Shown: piece after piece, positions 47,494 to 61,588 of the stretch
How the letters are laid out: each line of letters begins with the position of its first letter
Numbering within the stretch: position 1 is the first letter of the stretch
Source of the DNA: Macrostomum hystrix
Taxonomy: Eukaryota; Animalia; Platyhelminthes
Direction: 5' to 3'
NCBI GenBank assembly: GCA_950097015.1
Contig: CATNEN010000030.1
Span: 124,001-188,000 of the forward strand
DNA: 64,000 nt
Program-made: the position numbers and the translations under genes
Notes under the pieces: model-generated
What the model was told of the DNA's origin: nothing
The model's input: only the letters and a program-made list of their open reading frames with translations
Databases searched by the model: none

Positions 47494-48734
47494 CTCCCTC
47501 TGAATCGTTGCGCAATTAAAAATCCTGTCCAGACTTGCTCCTCTATCTTTATTCACGGTGAACCCTTAATTAGACCATGGGAAGATGAAATATGAAACCT
47601 TCAAGCCATCTGATTGGCAAGGCAAGCCCCTTTTCCCGCATATGATATCACATGGCCCATGCAGCTGGCGTCACTAATGTATCTTTTCTTTCTCATTCGA
47701 ATATTTTAGGCAACTGATAAACCTAAGAGTTAACTTCTAATTCTTAGTGCGGCAGAGTCTAGCAAGGGAATATAGGTGATATTTTCTATATTGTTTTAGT
47801 ATTCCGAAATCACTAATTTCTGAATTAGAAGATTCCAACATTTTTCGTACAATTGTTCAGTCCGTATAGACTAGGAAGGTCACCAAATTCGGTTCAATAC
47901 TTTTATCCAGTTAGGTAATAAAAAAGTACAAATTGATTAATAATTGAGTACTTTGTGAGTACAGTGCAGCCACGCAATTACACTGGTATATGCGAGTAAA
48001 GCTGCAAACCCTTAATTACTCGGACAACTCGTAGAATTTTACTATCCCAGGGATAATCCCGCGTTAACCACTATATAAGAACCATCAACTGCCGTTTATA
48101 ATCAATTATTGATTGCAGTTGTAAAACTTTCTGTATACGAACATCGCAGAACAGATAATTGCAGTTCAAGCGGCTAGTTATATTCTCTCAAGGTAAACGT
48201 AAAAGCGGGAAGATAAGCACCCTATTTATGGACACTGTGAAATGCCCGATTTAATAATCGGTCAAAAATTTGTTATACTTAATTGCCGATAAAATTCAGA
48301 AATACAGCTACCCTATAATACCCTAGTAGGTGTGCTGCGCATTTTCGTTGAATAATTTTTCCGATTACTATTGAATTTCTCTGTGACTTTATGTTCGCAA
48401 AGCTGTTCGCTATGACTTGCTGTGCATTTTTTCACTTTCATTGTGAAGAAGTAAAAATGCGAAAATGTACGAACACTTTAAGGTCTGTCTGATTCATTGC
48501 TCGCACACATTGTAGCTTCAATTCGCAATTTCAAACAGATCTTTTATAATGAACAAAAGTCTGTTTCTTTTTCTTGGAGGCAATTAACAGCCTTTTTGAA
48601 AATTCTAGCATTCAATTCGTTAAGACTAGATAGATAGATCTACGATCTTTCGTTAAGCTGATCAGTTAAGTCAGTTAAGGTGAAAAAACACAATTCAATT
48701 TTATGTCTCTCCCACTTTTAAAGCCAAAATTCCC

Positions 48735-49290
48735 AAATCACCGATATTCCCAAAATGGCCAATATTGCCAAAAATGGCCAATATTCCCAAAATGGCCAAT
48801 ATTCCCAAAATGGCCAATATTCCCAAAATGGCCAATATTCCCAAAATGGCCAATATTCCCAAAATGGCCAATATTCCTAAAATGGCCAATATTTCCGAAA
48901 CGGCCAATAATCCAAAAATGGCCAATTTTCCTAGAATGGCTGATATTCCCAAAATGGCTGATATTCCTAAAATCGCCTATATTCCCAACAATGGCCGAAA
49001 TTCCCAACAATCGCTGATATTCCCAACAATGGCCGATATTCCCAACAATCGCCGATATTCCCAACAATGGCCGATATTCCCAACAATCACCGATATTCCC
49101 AACAATCACCGATATTCCCAACAATCATCGATATTCCCAACAATCACCGATATTCCCAACAATCACCGATATTCCCAACAATCACCGATATTCCCAACAA
49201 TGGCCGATATTTCCAACAATCCCGATATTCCCAACAATGGCCGATATTCCCAACAATCGCCGATATTTCCAACAATCCCGATATTCCTTG
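48735..49290. repeat. Compound minisatellite: 18-bp aaaatggccaatattccc grading into 19-bp aacaatcaccgatattccc
   Basis: Directly visible unit change across 48900-49020. Confidence 0.93.
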
Positions 49291-50686
49291 ACTAGCTCGT
49301 ATTGATCGACGGCGTCTTAATTTCTCGTGCTTAAGACAATAGCTCGTGCAGATGGACCCCTTAATTGCAAGCAAAGCGGTTGAATAAACCATACCAAATA
49401 AATGAACAATGGACACAAATAATATGAGCATAGATATTTCTAAGAAATAGCAGTGGCTTCATGAGACCCATATTTGCCAATGATAGGAGATGAGCTGGAA
49501 CTGGTAGTTGGCGGCTCACTATCGTAGCTCCGCCCATGTCTATCTAGTCGCATCTGCGAGCATGATCTCAACTGTGCTCATCCCCATTAGCACTGAGCGT
49601 CCTCTCCATTTGGTCATCGTATAGCAACAAACCGAGCCAACCACCCAGCCTCTTGTAGGTGGCACAGCTTTAATAATCTATTATATTTGAAAATCTCACA
49701 CCTCAAGTCTCGGTATAGTGAGCTGTGCTGTGTTTGTCCCGAGCAAACACCAGTCAAATGCCTTGGTCTCACCATACAGATAGTACTGCGGCCGTTGGAT
49801 TTGGAGCTATGCTTCTTTTGAAGCCCTGTTACTAGGCGATTAATTAAAAAGAAACAGTGGATGCAAGAACACGAGGAGCAGAGACTCACAGTTGCAACTC
49901 AAGCTCTCTAGGAGTTTTTGACACAAGCTCTGTTAAGAGACTGCGCATACGAGCGTTTAGTCTAAGCTATGTTTAGCTCGATCAGCTTGATCGATAAGGT
50001 CCAATCCTTGCTGCCACCCTAAAAATTCCATTCTCGCACGCAGCAGTGTTTCTAATTGCCTCACTCACCCCACACTATAGGGAGAAATAGACACGGGAAA
50101 CTCTCTTCAGTCTCACTGCCTATCCGACACACTTTCTCTTCCTCATTTCATTCCGCACACACACACTGCTCTGTGATCAGTCAGCCACAAGTCAGGTCAG
50201 CTGATTGGGTAGTCTCAGCAGCAGCAGCAGCGACCTTCGTCCTGAATTGCCCTCTCGACTGCCGGAGGGTGGTTTGGGGATTCTGAGGATCTGAGCTTGC
50301 GCCATCCCGTGCATTCATTCTCCGCATGAATGCGGTGTCAGGATTCTCCCCGTCAGATCCCTCAGATCCCCATCAAGTCATTCTCGCCACGCCCTCCCCT
50401 CTCCTCCCTAATTCTCAGCCCTATGTTCTCATTAAGCATTTTTGTTTAAAATTCAGTTAGTTAAGGGTCACTTGAGTTCGTCTGAGCGCCCGAGGTGAAT
50501 ATTTTTGGGTTGTAATTAACTTGCGAGTCGAGCAACTCAAGCCAGCTGATCCCGGACTCACAATTGCCTCATTGTCTCTGTCTATCCATCCGACCTAATG
50601 TGAGGATTTAATTGATCAGTTAGACAGATACAAAACATGCACGCAATATTCACACAACAGTTTCCCATTTTTATAGTTGCTTTACT

Positions 50687-50910
50687 GGGAGCTTGCAGCC
50701 CAATGGTTGAAGCTTTGCACTTCTGATTGAGAGGTCGGGAGTTCGAATCTCATCACAATGGAAACAAGTTGTATGCTTCAGCAAGGCACATTGTTTAACC
50801 GGCTGTGAAATGGGTAGCAGCAGGCAGCACTAGACCCAGTCCACGGACTGAACCAGCCTCTAAAAGTGGCTGTGCCATGGTCTGTACACCTGGCCCCATC
50901 TAGGTCTGGC
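50687..50910 (+). mobile_element. tRNA-derived SINE, family A
   Basis: cccaatggttgaagc A-box-like, gttcgaatct 50741-50750, cttcagcaaggcac and ggctgtgaaatgggtag central motifs, cccagtccacggactg. Confidence 0.7.
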
Positions 50911-52960
50911 TGCGGTTTCTTTCTATCCACATCTACAGTCGCTCGCACATTCCCCTGACATATATTTATTCCAGTCTAAAATCATTCAGCAACTGTATTC
51001 AATCCCTGATGGCTAATTAAAGGCAGGCTATTCTGCTTTCAAGACTAAAAAGGATGAAGAAATTACACAGCAGAGACACTTAGGAGCCCAGCAATTGGCT
51101 CGCAGCCCATGATTTACTGCTTGCCGTTTTCCCCCTAGTCATCTAGTAAATACGCTCGTAGTTATCCCCGTGCGGATCGCGGCTGGTTGCCGGGCAGAGC
51201 TGGCAAGCATGAAAGAAAGAATAAATTGTGCGACGCTAATCCTAAGAAAGTGATGAGGAAGTTAATTGACAATAAAGAGATAGGGATCCCACCTAGCCTG
51301 GGGCAAAAAAACTTTCAGCCATAAAGAGGCTGCCATAAGAGGCTCTCCAATGCTTGCATCCAATCTTTCAAATTCATCGCATTGGAAGCGACAATCTGTG
51401 AGGAATTGTGCCCGGGCCATGACAAATCTAATACCTCTTCGGGCGACTCTGACGACTACTCGAGCTGTCGAGCTGCAGTGATTGCGTCATCATCGTACGA
51501 ACTTGGCTAGACAGTTCAAGACAGTCTCTGGACCGCTGACCCCCTTCAAAAACTTGACAATTTCAGCTGATTATCCCATCGTAGCAGGCCTCCGTTCTTT
51601 CGCTGAAAAGCTAATTCAAGGATATAGGCTACTCGCGATCATGGAATACGACTATATTTGCATTCGGCATTAATGCTTTGACACCGGGAAAATTGGCTCC
51701 GAAAAGAAAATATATTCACTTATCTCAAGGCCACCTCATTCTCTTCTCCATTCTATAGGGGCTGTCAAATCCCATTTCAAAACGACCCTCCTCCTTCATC
51801 TAGTGGGGATCTTATTCCCCCCCTAGGCTTGTCTGGCTTCCCCCGCCCACACACAACGAGCCCACACAAGCGCCTCTGCCGCCTGTCAAGTCTCCTATCT
51901 GGACCATAGACAAACAGACTTCATTCTGACAGATTCCAGGGAAGTTGCTGGAGAAACACTGTTTGTTTTTAATCAGACTCTGGCGAACCATTGAATCGCA
52001 ATAAAAGAAGCTTGAAATCAGAGATTATATCGCTTCTCAGAATTAAATATCGATTTTTTTATCTTTTCTCCAGTCTTTTCTGCTTAATTATCGCAAGCAA
52101 AATAATAGACCAGATGTACAGTCGCATCTATATCGTGGCCCTTTTAAGCCATATTATTTCATGTAGTACACGTGAGACAGCTCCAGTGTTAGTATTTGAG
52201 TAGCTATTTTACAGCCGCGTGACCTAGTCTGAAGTTTCAACCAGCTCTGAGCAACAAGCTCAGCAATACTGCTCATAAGCCTAGCTAAACCTACAGCATC
52301 ACATAAGATTGAGTCGAGGACAAGTGAAGCAGGCATTCAGTCAAGACTAAGGAATTCCCATCATTAAAATTTGCGATTCGATGGGGGGGCCGGAGGCCCG
52401 TTCGACATTCGACTGTCTTTTTTGTAGGGGCGGCGTTGCTCATTAACGATGATCAACTTCGGCCGTCTGATGGGAACAGACCTGGTGCTTCTGCTGCTTC
52501 GAATATTGGGGCAGCTTCCCGTTTTTGCTTTTTGCCTCCATGTCTTTTTCCTTTCTACTGCTTCCCAATCAGGCGGCAAGTTGCGTGAGTCACCCAGTCA
52601 CATCCCAGCGGGACCTCACTTGATCCCTACTGTTGCATCATGGCGGGGACTTGCCCGACCAAGCTTCTCTTCTCTTCTTCTTTCCCCATCTTGTGTTGCC
52701 CAAACTTTTTTTCCAGTCAGAGGTGACGAAACAGGATGGCGAACAATGCTGGCAGTGAGTTTGGTTCTCACTCCTCATCAGCTCCAGCCTCTTAGTACTC
52801 AACCTATCCCTTCTTCTCTTTTATAAAGAGAAGAAACGTGAATTTTTTTTAATTTCCTTAATTAGCATTCTTGTAGGGGCCACTATGAAGCTCTATCATA
52901 TTGCTATTTCTCTTTTAGCTCACACCTAAAGGCTTAGCAATGAGTTTTATGGCTAAATGA

Positions 52961-53369
52961 GGATTTGGGAACCATCACCATGGATTTGGGAACCATCACC
53001 ATGGATTTGGGAACCATCACCATGCATTTGGGAACCATCACCATGGATTTGGGAAACATCACCATGCATTTGGGAACCATCACCATGGATTTGGGAACCA
53101 TCACCATGGATTTGGGAACCATCACCGTGCATTTGGGAACCATCACCATGGATTTGGGAAACATCACCATGCATTTGGGAACCATCACCGTGCATTTGGG
53201 AACCATCACCATGGATTTGGGAACCATCACCGTGCATTTGGGAACCATCACCATGGATTTGGGAACCATCACCATGCATTTGGGAACCATCACCATGGAT
53301 TTGGGAACCATCACCATGCATTTGGGAACCATCACCATGGATTTGGGAACCATCACCATGGATTTGGGA
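52961..53369. repeat. 21-bp minisatellite, about 19 copies (gatttgggaaccatcaccatg)
   Basis: Direct tandem repeat; source of four periodic ORFs. Confidence 0.97.
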
Positions 53370-54671
53370 GAAAAGACAACACATTTTGGGGTCGGTGGTC
53401 ATCCGATTGCCTCCCAATGCCCCCCATGGCTACGCCACGGCTTTCCACGAGTAATAAGTAATATTCGAGCAGCACAGACCCTGTCTTGAGCAGGACATAA
53501 GCGTGACAGCTGCTCTCCAATCGATCGATATCGAAATTTTTGCCTCCGAGTCCATTTGCAGTTGCGTCACACTGAAAACTTTGAGAGTGAAAAATAACTT
53601 TGGCCCGTAAGAAGCTTTTCCTTGTTTCCGACCACAGTTTCCTATCTTCATCCTCATCCCCCACAATCCACATCCCCTACTTTGTCAGCAGCGGAGCGGT
53701 CATCAGTCTCATTGCTAACAATCATGAATACCCATGAGATTGGGGACAAGCATTAGTCTTCAAGGCAAACTGACCCCGAAAATATCCCAGTTTGCACGTC
53801 TGTGGTGAGATCAATCGGTCAAACAGATCCACGCAGATAATGCCCTCTCAGTGGCTCCGTCAGTTTACAATTGCATAATAGTTAGCTCGTCGGATGGTCG
53901 GTCTTAGACTATTGGCCAAAAAAACTTAACACGAAGCAGACTGGAAAATACAAAGCACACAGTTGGACCGAATTGGACCTTATCAGATAAGCATACGATC
54001 GTGATTTATTAGCCACAAATAGAATTCTTTCTGCGTAACGTTTATTTGTTGATAAATATATTTTCTGGGAGGTCTATGGTTCGAATCACAGCCAGGGTCA
54101 TGACACTTAATAATACCCCATTTCTTCTTTTAATATATGCTTACATTTTGTATTAACTAATTTCAGCTAGATCAAAATGTTTTCAAGGGCCAATAAGCCG
54201 GATCAAAGACTCCATGCTGGGCTTGACTTTTCTCGCAGAATAGGTGAGGCAATACCTTTTAGAAGCTCCTTAAGGTAACAAAAGGTGGACGCCAAAAAAT
54301 TGAAGTCGAGAAGCTGTCCGGAAGCTGCGGACCCCGCGGGGCAGAGCCAAGATTCTGCTGGTCGATGCTGCTGAGACTGCGGGATTTGAGAATCTTTAAC
54401 TGAGATCCCAACCCACCCCAGGGGGAAGGGTGGGGCAGGTCAGTGAGGGCTCACCCCATACTCACTAACTCATACTCACCCCATAGTGTGGTAGAGAGCT
54501 AAAGTCAACTTCAGCCTTTAGGGCATGGCAACTATAAGTCTTTGAAAGATATGAATCGATATCTGTAAATTCAAATCATGATGGCAGATTGTGCTTAATT
54601 ACGGACTTCTTACAGTAGCACAATGGCTTAGTTATACCATTGCGAAGGTTTCAAGTTACAGTTTCTATAAC

Positions 54672-54858
54672 TCATACTCAAAGTCAGTTGAGCTCATACT
54701 TAAAGCCAGTTGAGCTCATACTCAAAGCCAGTTGAGCTCATTCTTAAAGCCAGTTGAGCTCATACTCAAAGCCAGTTGAGCTCATACTCAAAGCCAGTTG
54801 AGCTCATTCTTAAAGTCAGTTGAGCTCATTCTCAAAGCCAGTTGAGCTCATACTCAAA
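54672..54858. repeat. 22-bp minisatellite, about 8 copies (aaagccagttgagctcatactc)
   Basis: 22-bp period (g54683, g54705); ends 17 nt before the exon 3 start. Confidence 0.93.
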
Positions 54859-54875
54859 CCACACAACTCTGACAG

Positions 54876-55098
54876 GTGTACATCCTCGTCCAAGATGTCA
54901 ACGACTCGCCGCCAACCGTGTCTGCCAGCACGCTGGAGGTGCAGCTTCCGGACGCTGATGAGGAAGCTAACGCCGACGTCAGCTGGCCGATTCCGCTGGC
55001 GCAGGTGCTGGCTAACGATGCTGATGATGAAGACACGCCGCTCAGGTGGCGGACAATTGGAGACAGCTGGCCTGAGGTGGCGGTCCAGGAGCGAACAG
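54876..55098 (+). CDS. FAT4: FAT4-like exon 3
   Basis: ctctgacag|GTG gives TRTAS|VYILVQDVNDSPP; LANDADD motif; donor ACAG|gtgagg, phase 1. Confidence 0.9.
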
Positions 55099-56021
55099 GT
55101 GAGGGAGCTTCGTGCGGATCTGAACATTTTAGCATTCTGTTATTAGTTCCAAACTTTCCTTAATCAAAACGCCCTATAATAGATCCAATAGGACGTACAG
55201 GAGGGTGACTGAGTGCATGACTCAGTGTGACACAAGTTCCCGTCCCCTCTCTTTCTTTACATTCATTATAATAATTGCTTTAAAGTGATAAGTGAGTCGT
55301 GCATTCCCCCCAACTACACAGCAGATCTAAATGAATTAAGGAGAGGCAAGCAGCAGAATACAATAACGCGCATGCTCATTAAAAAATAGTGCAGACTCAA
55401 AGCCATCATTGGCTGTTTGAACTACGCGAAGATTTTTCGCCTCCGGGGCTAGTCAGACAATGGAGTTGGGCGCCAGCAACGATGCGTGGATGGAAGGAAC
55501 TGACGTTTATAGGAACGGATCTAGCAGTTTTTTGGGCATTAAACTACATTAGGGGAAGGAGGGCTGGCGTGCTTCATCTGGAAGTGGGCGGAGCTGTTGT
55601 AGTATGGAGCAGTTCTACCCTCACCTACCTAAGCCTCCGTCCCCATTGTCAGTATTGTTCCAAATATTCCACGCCTTGGTCTGAATACTTTGCCAGGAAA
55701 AAATTATAGAACTCATGGGAGCGCGTGACAGACGTGTTTGCGGGACACAAACCAAAAGATCTCAAAAAAGGATTTCAACTGAAAAAATCTAAATCTGCCC
55801 TTGTTTCTGGCCTATACGCTCTTTGAGTTTTTTTTGGGCACTTCAGTTTTGGCAGCTCTGCTGTCGCACATTATCGCCAATGCGAATCGCGTGTCGAGAG
55901 GTCAAGAATAGTTTTTGACATGCGGGTCGAGTCGCTTTTTTGTGTTTTGTGAAAAAAATTATACGCTTGCGCGTTTCAGCTTTTTGCGTGAGTAAAAGCT
56001 CCAGTAGTTTTATTGCCGGAA

Positions 56022-56982
56022 TAGGCGGATATTCCACCCCTTGGCTCATAGAGGAGTAGGCGGATATTCCACCCCTTGGCTCATAGAGGAGTAGGCAGAT
56101 ATTCCACCCCTTGGCTCATAGAGGAGTAGGCGGATATTCCACCCCTTGGCTCATAGAGGAGTAGGCGGATATTCCACCCCTTGGCTCATAGAGGAGTAGG
56201 CGGATATTCCACCCCTTGGCTCATAGAGGAGTAGGCAGATATTCCACCCCTTGGCTCATAGAGGAGTAGGCGGATATTCCACCCCTTGGCTCATAGAGGA
56301 GTAGGCAGATATTCCACCCCTTGGCTCATAGAGGAGTAGGCAGATATTCCACCCCTTGGCTCATAGAGGAGTAGGCGGATATTCCACCCCTTGGCTCATA
56401 GAGGAGTAGGCAGATATTCCGCCCCTTGGCTCATAGAGGAGTAGGCAGATATTCCACCCCTTGGCTCATAGAGGAGTAGGCAGATATTCCACCCCTTGGC
56501 TCATAGAGGAGTCGGCGGTTATTCCACCCCTTGGCTCATAGAGGAGTCGGCGGTTATTCCGCCCCTTGGCTCATAGAGGAGTAGGCAGATATTCCACCCC
56601 TTGGCTCATAGAGGAGTAGGCAGATATTCCACCCCTTGGCTCATAGAGGAGTAGGCAGATATTCCACCCCTTGGCTCATAGAGGAGTAGGCGGATATTCC
56701 ACCCCTTGGCTCATAGAGGAGTAGGCAGATATTCCGCCCCTTGGCTCATAGAGGAGTAGGCAGATATTCCACCCCTTGGCTCATAGAGGAGTAGGCAGAT
56801 ATTCCACCCCTTGGCTCATAGAGGAGTCGGCGGTTATTCCACCCCTTGGCTCATAGAGGAGTCGGCGGTTATTCCGCCCCTTGGCTCATAGAGGAGTCGG
56901 CGGTTATTCCGCCCCTTGGCTCATAGAGGAGTCGGCGGTTATTCCGCCCCTTGGCTCATAGAGGAGTAGGCAGATATTCCAC
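56022..56982. repeat. 35-bp minisatellite, about 27 copies (ggcggatattccaccccttggctcatagaggagta)
   Basis: 35-bp period (ttggctcata at 56041, 56076). Confidence 0.97.
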
Positions 56983-57051
56983 TCCAATAGTCATTCGTTA
57001 TCAAACAGTTTTCACACCCTGATGCTCATAGCCGCCGCTCCTATCCCGCAG

Positions 57052-57576
57052 GCCTCCTGACGCTGGTGTCCCGTCCGCCTTCGGACGCCGCCCAGACGCG
57101 GCCGCAGCTCCAGCTGGAAGTGTCGGACTCGCAAAGCCACATCGATAGAGTCTTAGTCCGCTTCCTGCCCTCGCCGCAGCGTCGCCATCGCCCTCCAACC
57201 TTTCAGACGATGTCGGCAATGTCATTCAACGTGACGGAGTCGGCGCCACCAGGCAGTATGGTCGGCCGTCTGGCGGCAGTTGAGGCTGCCAGCTACCGCC
57301 TGCTAATGCCCTGGGCGGCGCCCTTTGATCTGGACTCTCGTTGGGGCATCCTGCGCACTAATGGCCGGCTAGACTACGAGCTTCGAACTCACTACCTCTT
57401 GGTTGCCGTGGCAACCGACACCGAGAGTGGCCTGACATCAACTGCCGAGTTTGTCGTCAACGTGCTAGACGAGAATGACAACGCCCCAGTGTGCCGAGTG
57501 TCAGTCTTCGAAGTGACGATGAGTGCTCCAGGTCGAGTGGGGGAGGTCCTGCTCACGGTGCAGGCCGACGATGCTG
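57052..57576 (+). CDS. FAT4: FAT4-like exon 4; gene continues beyond the window
   Basis: cctatcccgcag|GC completes ERTG|LLTL in phase 1; VTESAPPG, RLDYE, DENDNAPV motifs; donor GCTG|gtgagt at 57577. Confidence 0.9.
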
Positions 57577-60314
57577 GTGAGTTTTAGTGCTCAGCCTTCC
57601 TATTACCGCCTAACAGAACCCAGATGCTCGTACGCATGTTCTTTAAATAAATTTTATTTAAATTGATCAAACACTGTTCTCTTGTTGCCACGCAAATTTA
57701 TGAGCTGGTTGTGATGAGTCACGCCTGAATTAAAGCGTCTCAGTTAGCAAAATAAAAAAATTGTCACAGTTTTCGCTTCCGACTATAAGAATAAACAAAG
57801 CCATAGGTAACGTGTGGAATCCAACTCAAACATCATCGATTACTCGCTGCTTATGCAAACGCTTTTATTGTGAATGCGGTTGCCAGCCTGACAGGCGGGG
57901 GTTCCGCTACCTGCGCTGCGATAGAAACACAAGGCGAATTGAAAAGAAAATATTTTCCATTTCTTAGCTTGAGTTCGCTCGATTTAGTTACTCTCCGGGC
58001 CTTTTGTCTGCATAGCCGGGCCTGTTACATCATCACTCGGAAGGGAGAGAAAACGAAAGCCGAAACAAAACAAAAATCGAAGAGAGAAAAAGGAAAGGAG
58101 AGACAGAGAGAGAGAGGCATTGTGGGGGGGGGGTCGCACCCGAGCCCCAGCATCTCGTGTTGCTCATGGAAATCCGCCAGGATATTCAATATGGTCTCAA
58201 TATTTTTTGTGGTCTCATCGATTTTCTCTCGCTTCTTTACTCTCAATCTGGTCTTCTGGCATCTTAGCGCAGAGGCACGCGCGTAACACGATCGCATTGT
58301 GACAAATCTTTACTTAAAGGATAAAAATAATATTTCAAAATAAGAGTCGTGAGCTGAGTATCGCTGCGACGTATTAGTCATCGAAACATTGAACATTGTG
58401 AGTTTAACACCGATTATGAAACCCAACTCCCAAGATGCAGTGAGAATGTACACTGCCTGATAATAAAAAAGTCAGGGCAGATGTCTCAAAATGATGTACA
58501 AGTGCTCACAGGACTCGCACTTAATTATAACGGATATTACTAAATTATTTATGAACACATTTTAATGATTTCGATCAGAACATGTCTTAGCAACAATGTC
58601 CCCATACCAATTCATGATCAATCTGCTACTCTTTGTTCCAAACGTCAGAGTTTTTTGTCAAAACATTTATCCATTGTAAACAGTTGCAGAGAGAGCCCAA
58701 TAGCCTACGCAATTGTGTATAGTTAATCCCTACTATAACTATATTTTGCAGCTTGCTTTTAGACTCAGCGTGGGGTCTACGTGTATCAGCAGCGTCACAG
58801 CAACGCTGAAGTGGCAATTAGTGTTGGACAGACCTGCAATGGGGAGTCGTTCTGCCTGTCAGTCAATGCCTCCTATGATAGTTGTTAAGCTTTGACAAGT
58901 GTACGTAAGCTATGTGGTTGAGGTGAGGTGCCAAAACGTCTAAAACAGAAAGTTACGAATTTGGCACTGGGCTAGACAGTTTACCAGCTATTTCTAAAAT
59001 GCGGTGGGTCCCGCTGAGGCAAAGTATGGGTTGTTTAGTAGAGCATGCAATTACTTATGCTCAATATGAGCTAACTGAATACTAGTAATAAAATCACTAG
59101 CTTTTTTCAACTAGAAGAAAGTTATGCTTTTCACAGTGTTCATGATGAGATTAAACAGCAAGTATAAAGCATAAAAACTTTTTGCTAAAATCCTGAATAA
59201 ACACACTCGCCAACCATGCGCTGGAATTGAGCAAAAATCTTTATCCTAAGCAATAAATCACCAAAAGGGGTCCCGCCAGATAAGAGGGCCACTTGAAAAG
59301 CAGTAAAGAATGAAAAGCAGCTGCATGACTTGAGTACTCGACTCAAATTTGCTAAAAAATGCACACAAATTTTAGTAACTTAAACCAATGTTATTTTTGG
59401 CAATAAATTAACAAAACCAGATGAAGCTGGCACTTTGTTCGAATTGTACGCCAACTAGGCCAGTCAGCCAACGGAGCTTATTTACGAGACGAGACCGCGA
59501 TGGCAATAATAGGAAATCTTTGAACCACCGCCGGGGCTCATTGTGTTGCAACGGTTTGGCGGCGGGTTTAAATTTCATTTATTTGCTGGACTAACATGGC
59601 ATTGTTGTTGCATTGCATTTGGAAACGGACTGCGCGGGATAACTGGTGGTGGCGGAGTCTCAAGCGATAATAATTCATGAGTCCCAGTACTCCAACTAAA
59701 ACCCAAGGGTCTGAGCACACTCGCACAGTGGGCGGCTGAAGGTTTCTGAGTCACAGCTCACAAAACTATTGCTAATCAGTCCAGTATTGGCAGCCGCTGT
59801 GTCTAGAACATGTTTCCACACTTGGGGGAGGGAACCAGCGCGCAATCGGACAATTCATTTTGCCACAACGCGGCGGGTAGTCCGCGGCTCCGCATGAAAA
59901 ATTTATTTAGAAGAAAGTAGAGTAAGAATGAGGAAGCAGTTTTTATTTTAATTTGATTTTTCCCTTCTATTGTCGGCTGGGTCCCGCTGAAGGCCTTTAA
60001 TTTGTCCGCCATTGAAAGTAAGAGAGAGTTTTTCAATTTGAACCCGGAGTAGAAAGAATAATGACCGACTGAAAATGAGTCAGTGGCTTGACCCATCATT
60101 CTTCACTGCCAGACTTCACCACCAAGCTCCTAGCGGCCAGAGAACCGATGACAAATGAAATGCAGTGCAAGCTGAGCCTTGACGCATCCCCGCCTTCTCA
60201 TCCCCCTCCCAAGTCTTTGTTCCCTCACAAAGCTCTTGCTTTAATTCACACCGCCTCCTCTACCTCCTTAATTGCATCTGATTAAACTTTACCTTCTGTG
60301 CTACATTCTCCCAT

Positions 60315-60925
60315 TAAGTATAAGTCTCCACTCCCATTTCCCTTTCTCTTCCCTTTTTCATTCTCTCCCATCTCCTTCTCTCCCATCTCCCTCTCTCCCA
60401 TCTCACTCTCTCTCATCTCCCTCTCTCCCATCTCACTCTCTCCCATCTCACTCTCTCCCATCTCAGTGGAGACTAAGTATAAGTCTCCACTCCCATTTCC
60501 CTTTCTCTTCCCTTTTTCATTCTCTCCCATCTCCTTCTCTCCCATCTCCCTCTCTCCCATCTCCCTCTCTCCCATCTCACTCTCTCCTATCTCCCTCTCT
60601 CCCATCTCACTCTCTCCCATCTCCCTCTCTCCCATCTCCCTCTCTCCCATCTCCCTCTCTCCCCATCTCCTTCTCTCCCATCTGCTTCTTTCCCATCTTC
60701 TTCTCTCCCACCTGCTTCTCTCCCATCTCACTCTCTCTCATCTTCCTCTCTCCCATCTCCCTCTCTCCCATCTCCCTCTCTCCCATCTCCCTCTCTCCCA
60801 TCTCCCTCTCTCCCATCTCCCTCTCTCTCATCTCCCTCTCTCCCATCTCCCTCTCTCCCATCTCCCTCTCTCCCATCTCCCTCTCTACCATCTCCCTCTC
60901 TCCCATCTCTTTCTCCTCTCCCATC
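60315..60925. repeat. 15-bp pyrimidine-rich satellite (ctccctctctcccat) including a 159-bp direct duplication
   Basis: taagtataagtctccactcccatttccc... occurs at 60315 and 60474. Confidence 0.93.
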
Positions 60926-61588
60926 GTATTTCTGGATATTCCCCCCCTATTCCAGGCTGAAGCCATGCCAAGCCATGCCATAACTTTTTAAGGTCCAACT
61001 AAAAGGAAGGCTGAACTTTGTTATATTGCCGCGCGGAATTTCAGTAGAAGCCACGGGTGCCATCAGCATTGCCTCATTGCTTTATTTGCCACAATAGCCA
61101 AACATTGCGTGCCTTGGCCCGCACAGCGGCTTATTTACAACCGTGGACTCCAATCACCAGTGACGGCCGTGTTACTGATGGATTAAAAGAAAATTCTTCC
61201 CGCCAGCAATTCAAGCATTTTTTATCAACGTCAAGTACCGAATTCTGGACGACTTCGGTGCAATTCAGCGTCCGGATATTTTAAAGAGAATTATGACGTG
61301 CTTGCGCGGAACAAAGACCAGTACAGAATCAATACAATAGATGATGATTGTGCGATCTTGAAAGGACTTAAACGAGTAGGTTTCTGCCATGTTGCAGCTA
61401 GACAAAAAAGAGGCCAAGCTTCACTGCCCTGAGTGCTTAGCAAAGAAAATTTCTCATTATTCTCATCGAAATTTATGAATTTTGCGGCTCGCTATTTTAT
61501 GAAATTTCGTCAATCTGTTACGTCATAGCCTACCGGGTGTTGGACAAGCAAGTTTAGTCAACCAGTTGCAATTGTTTCGTGACAAATT

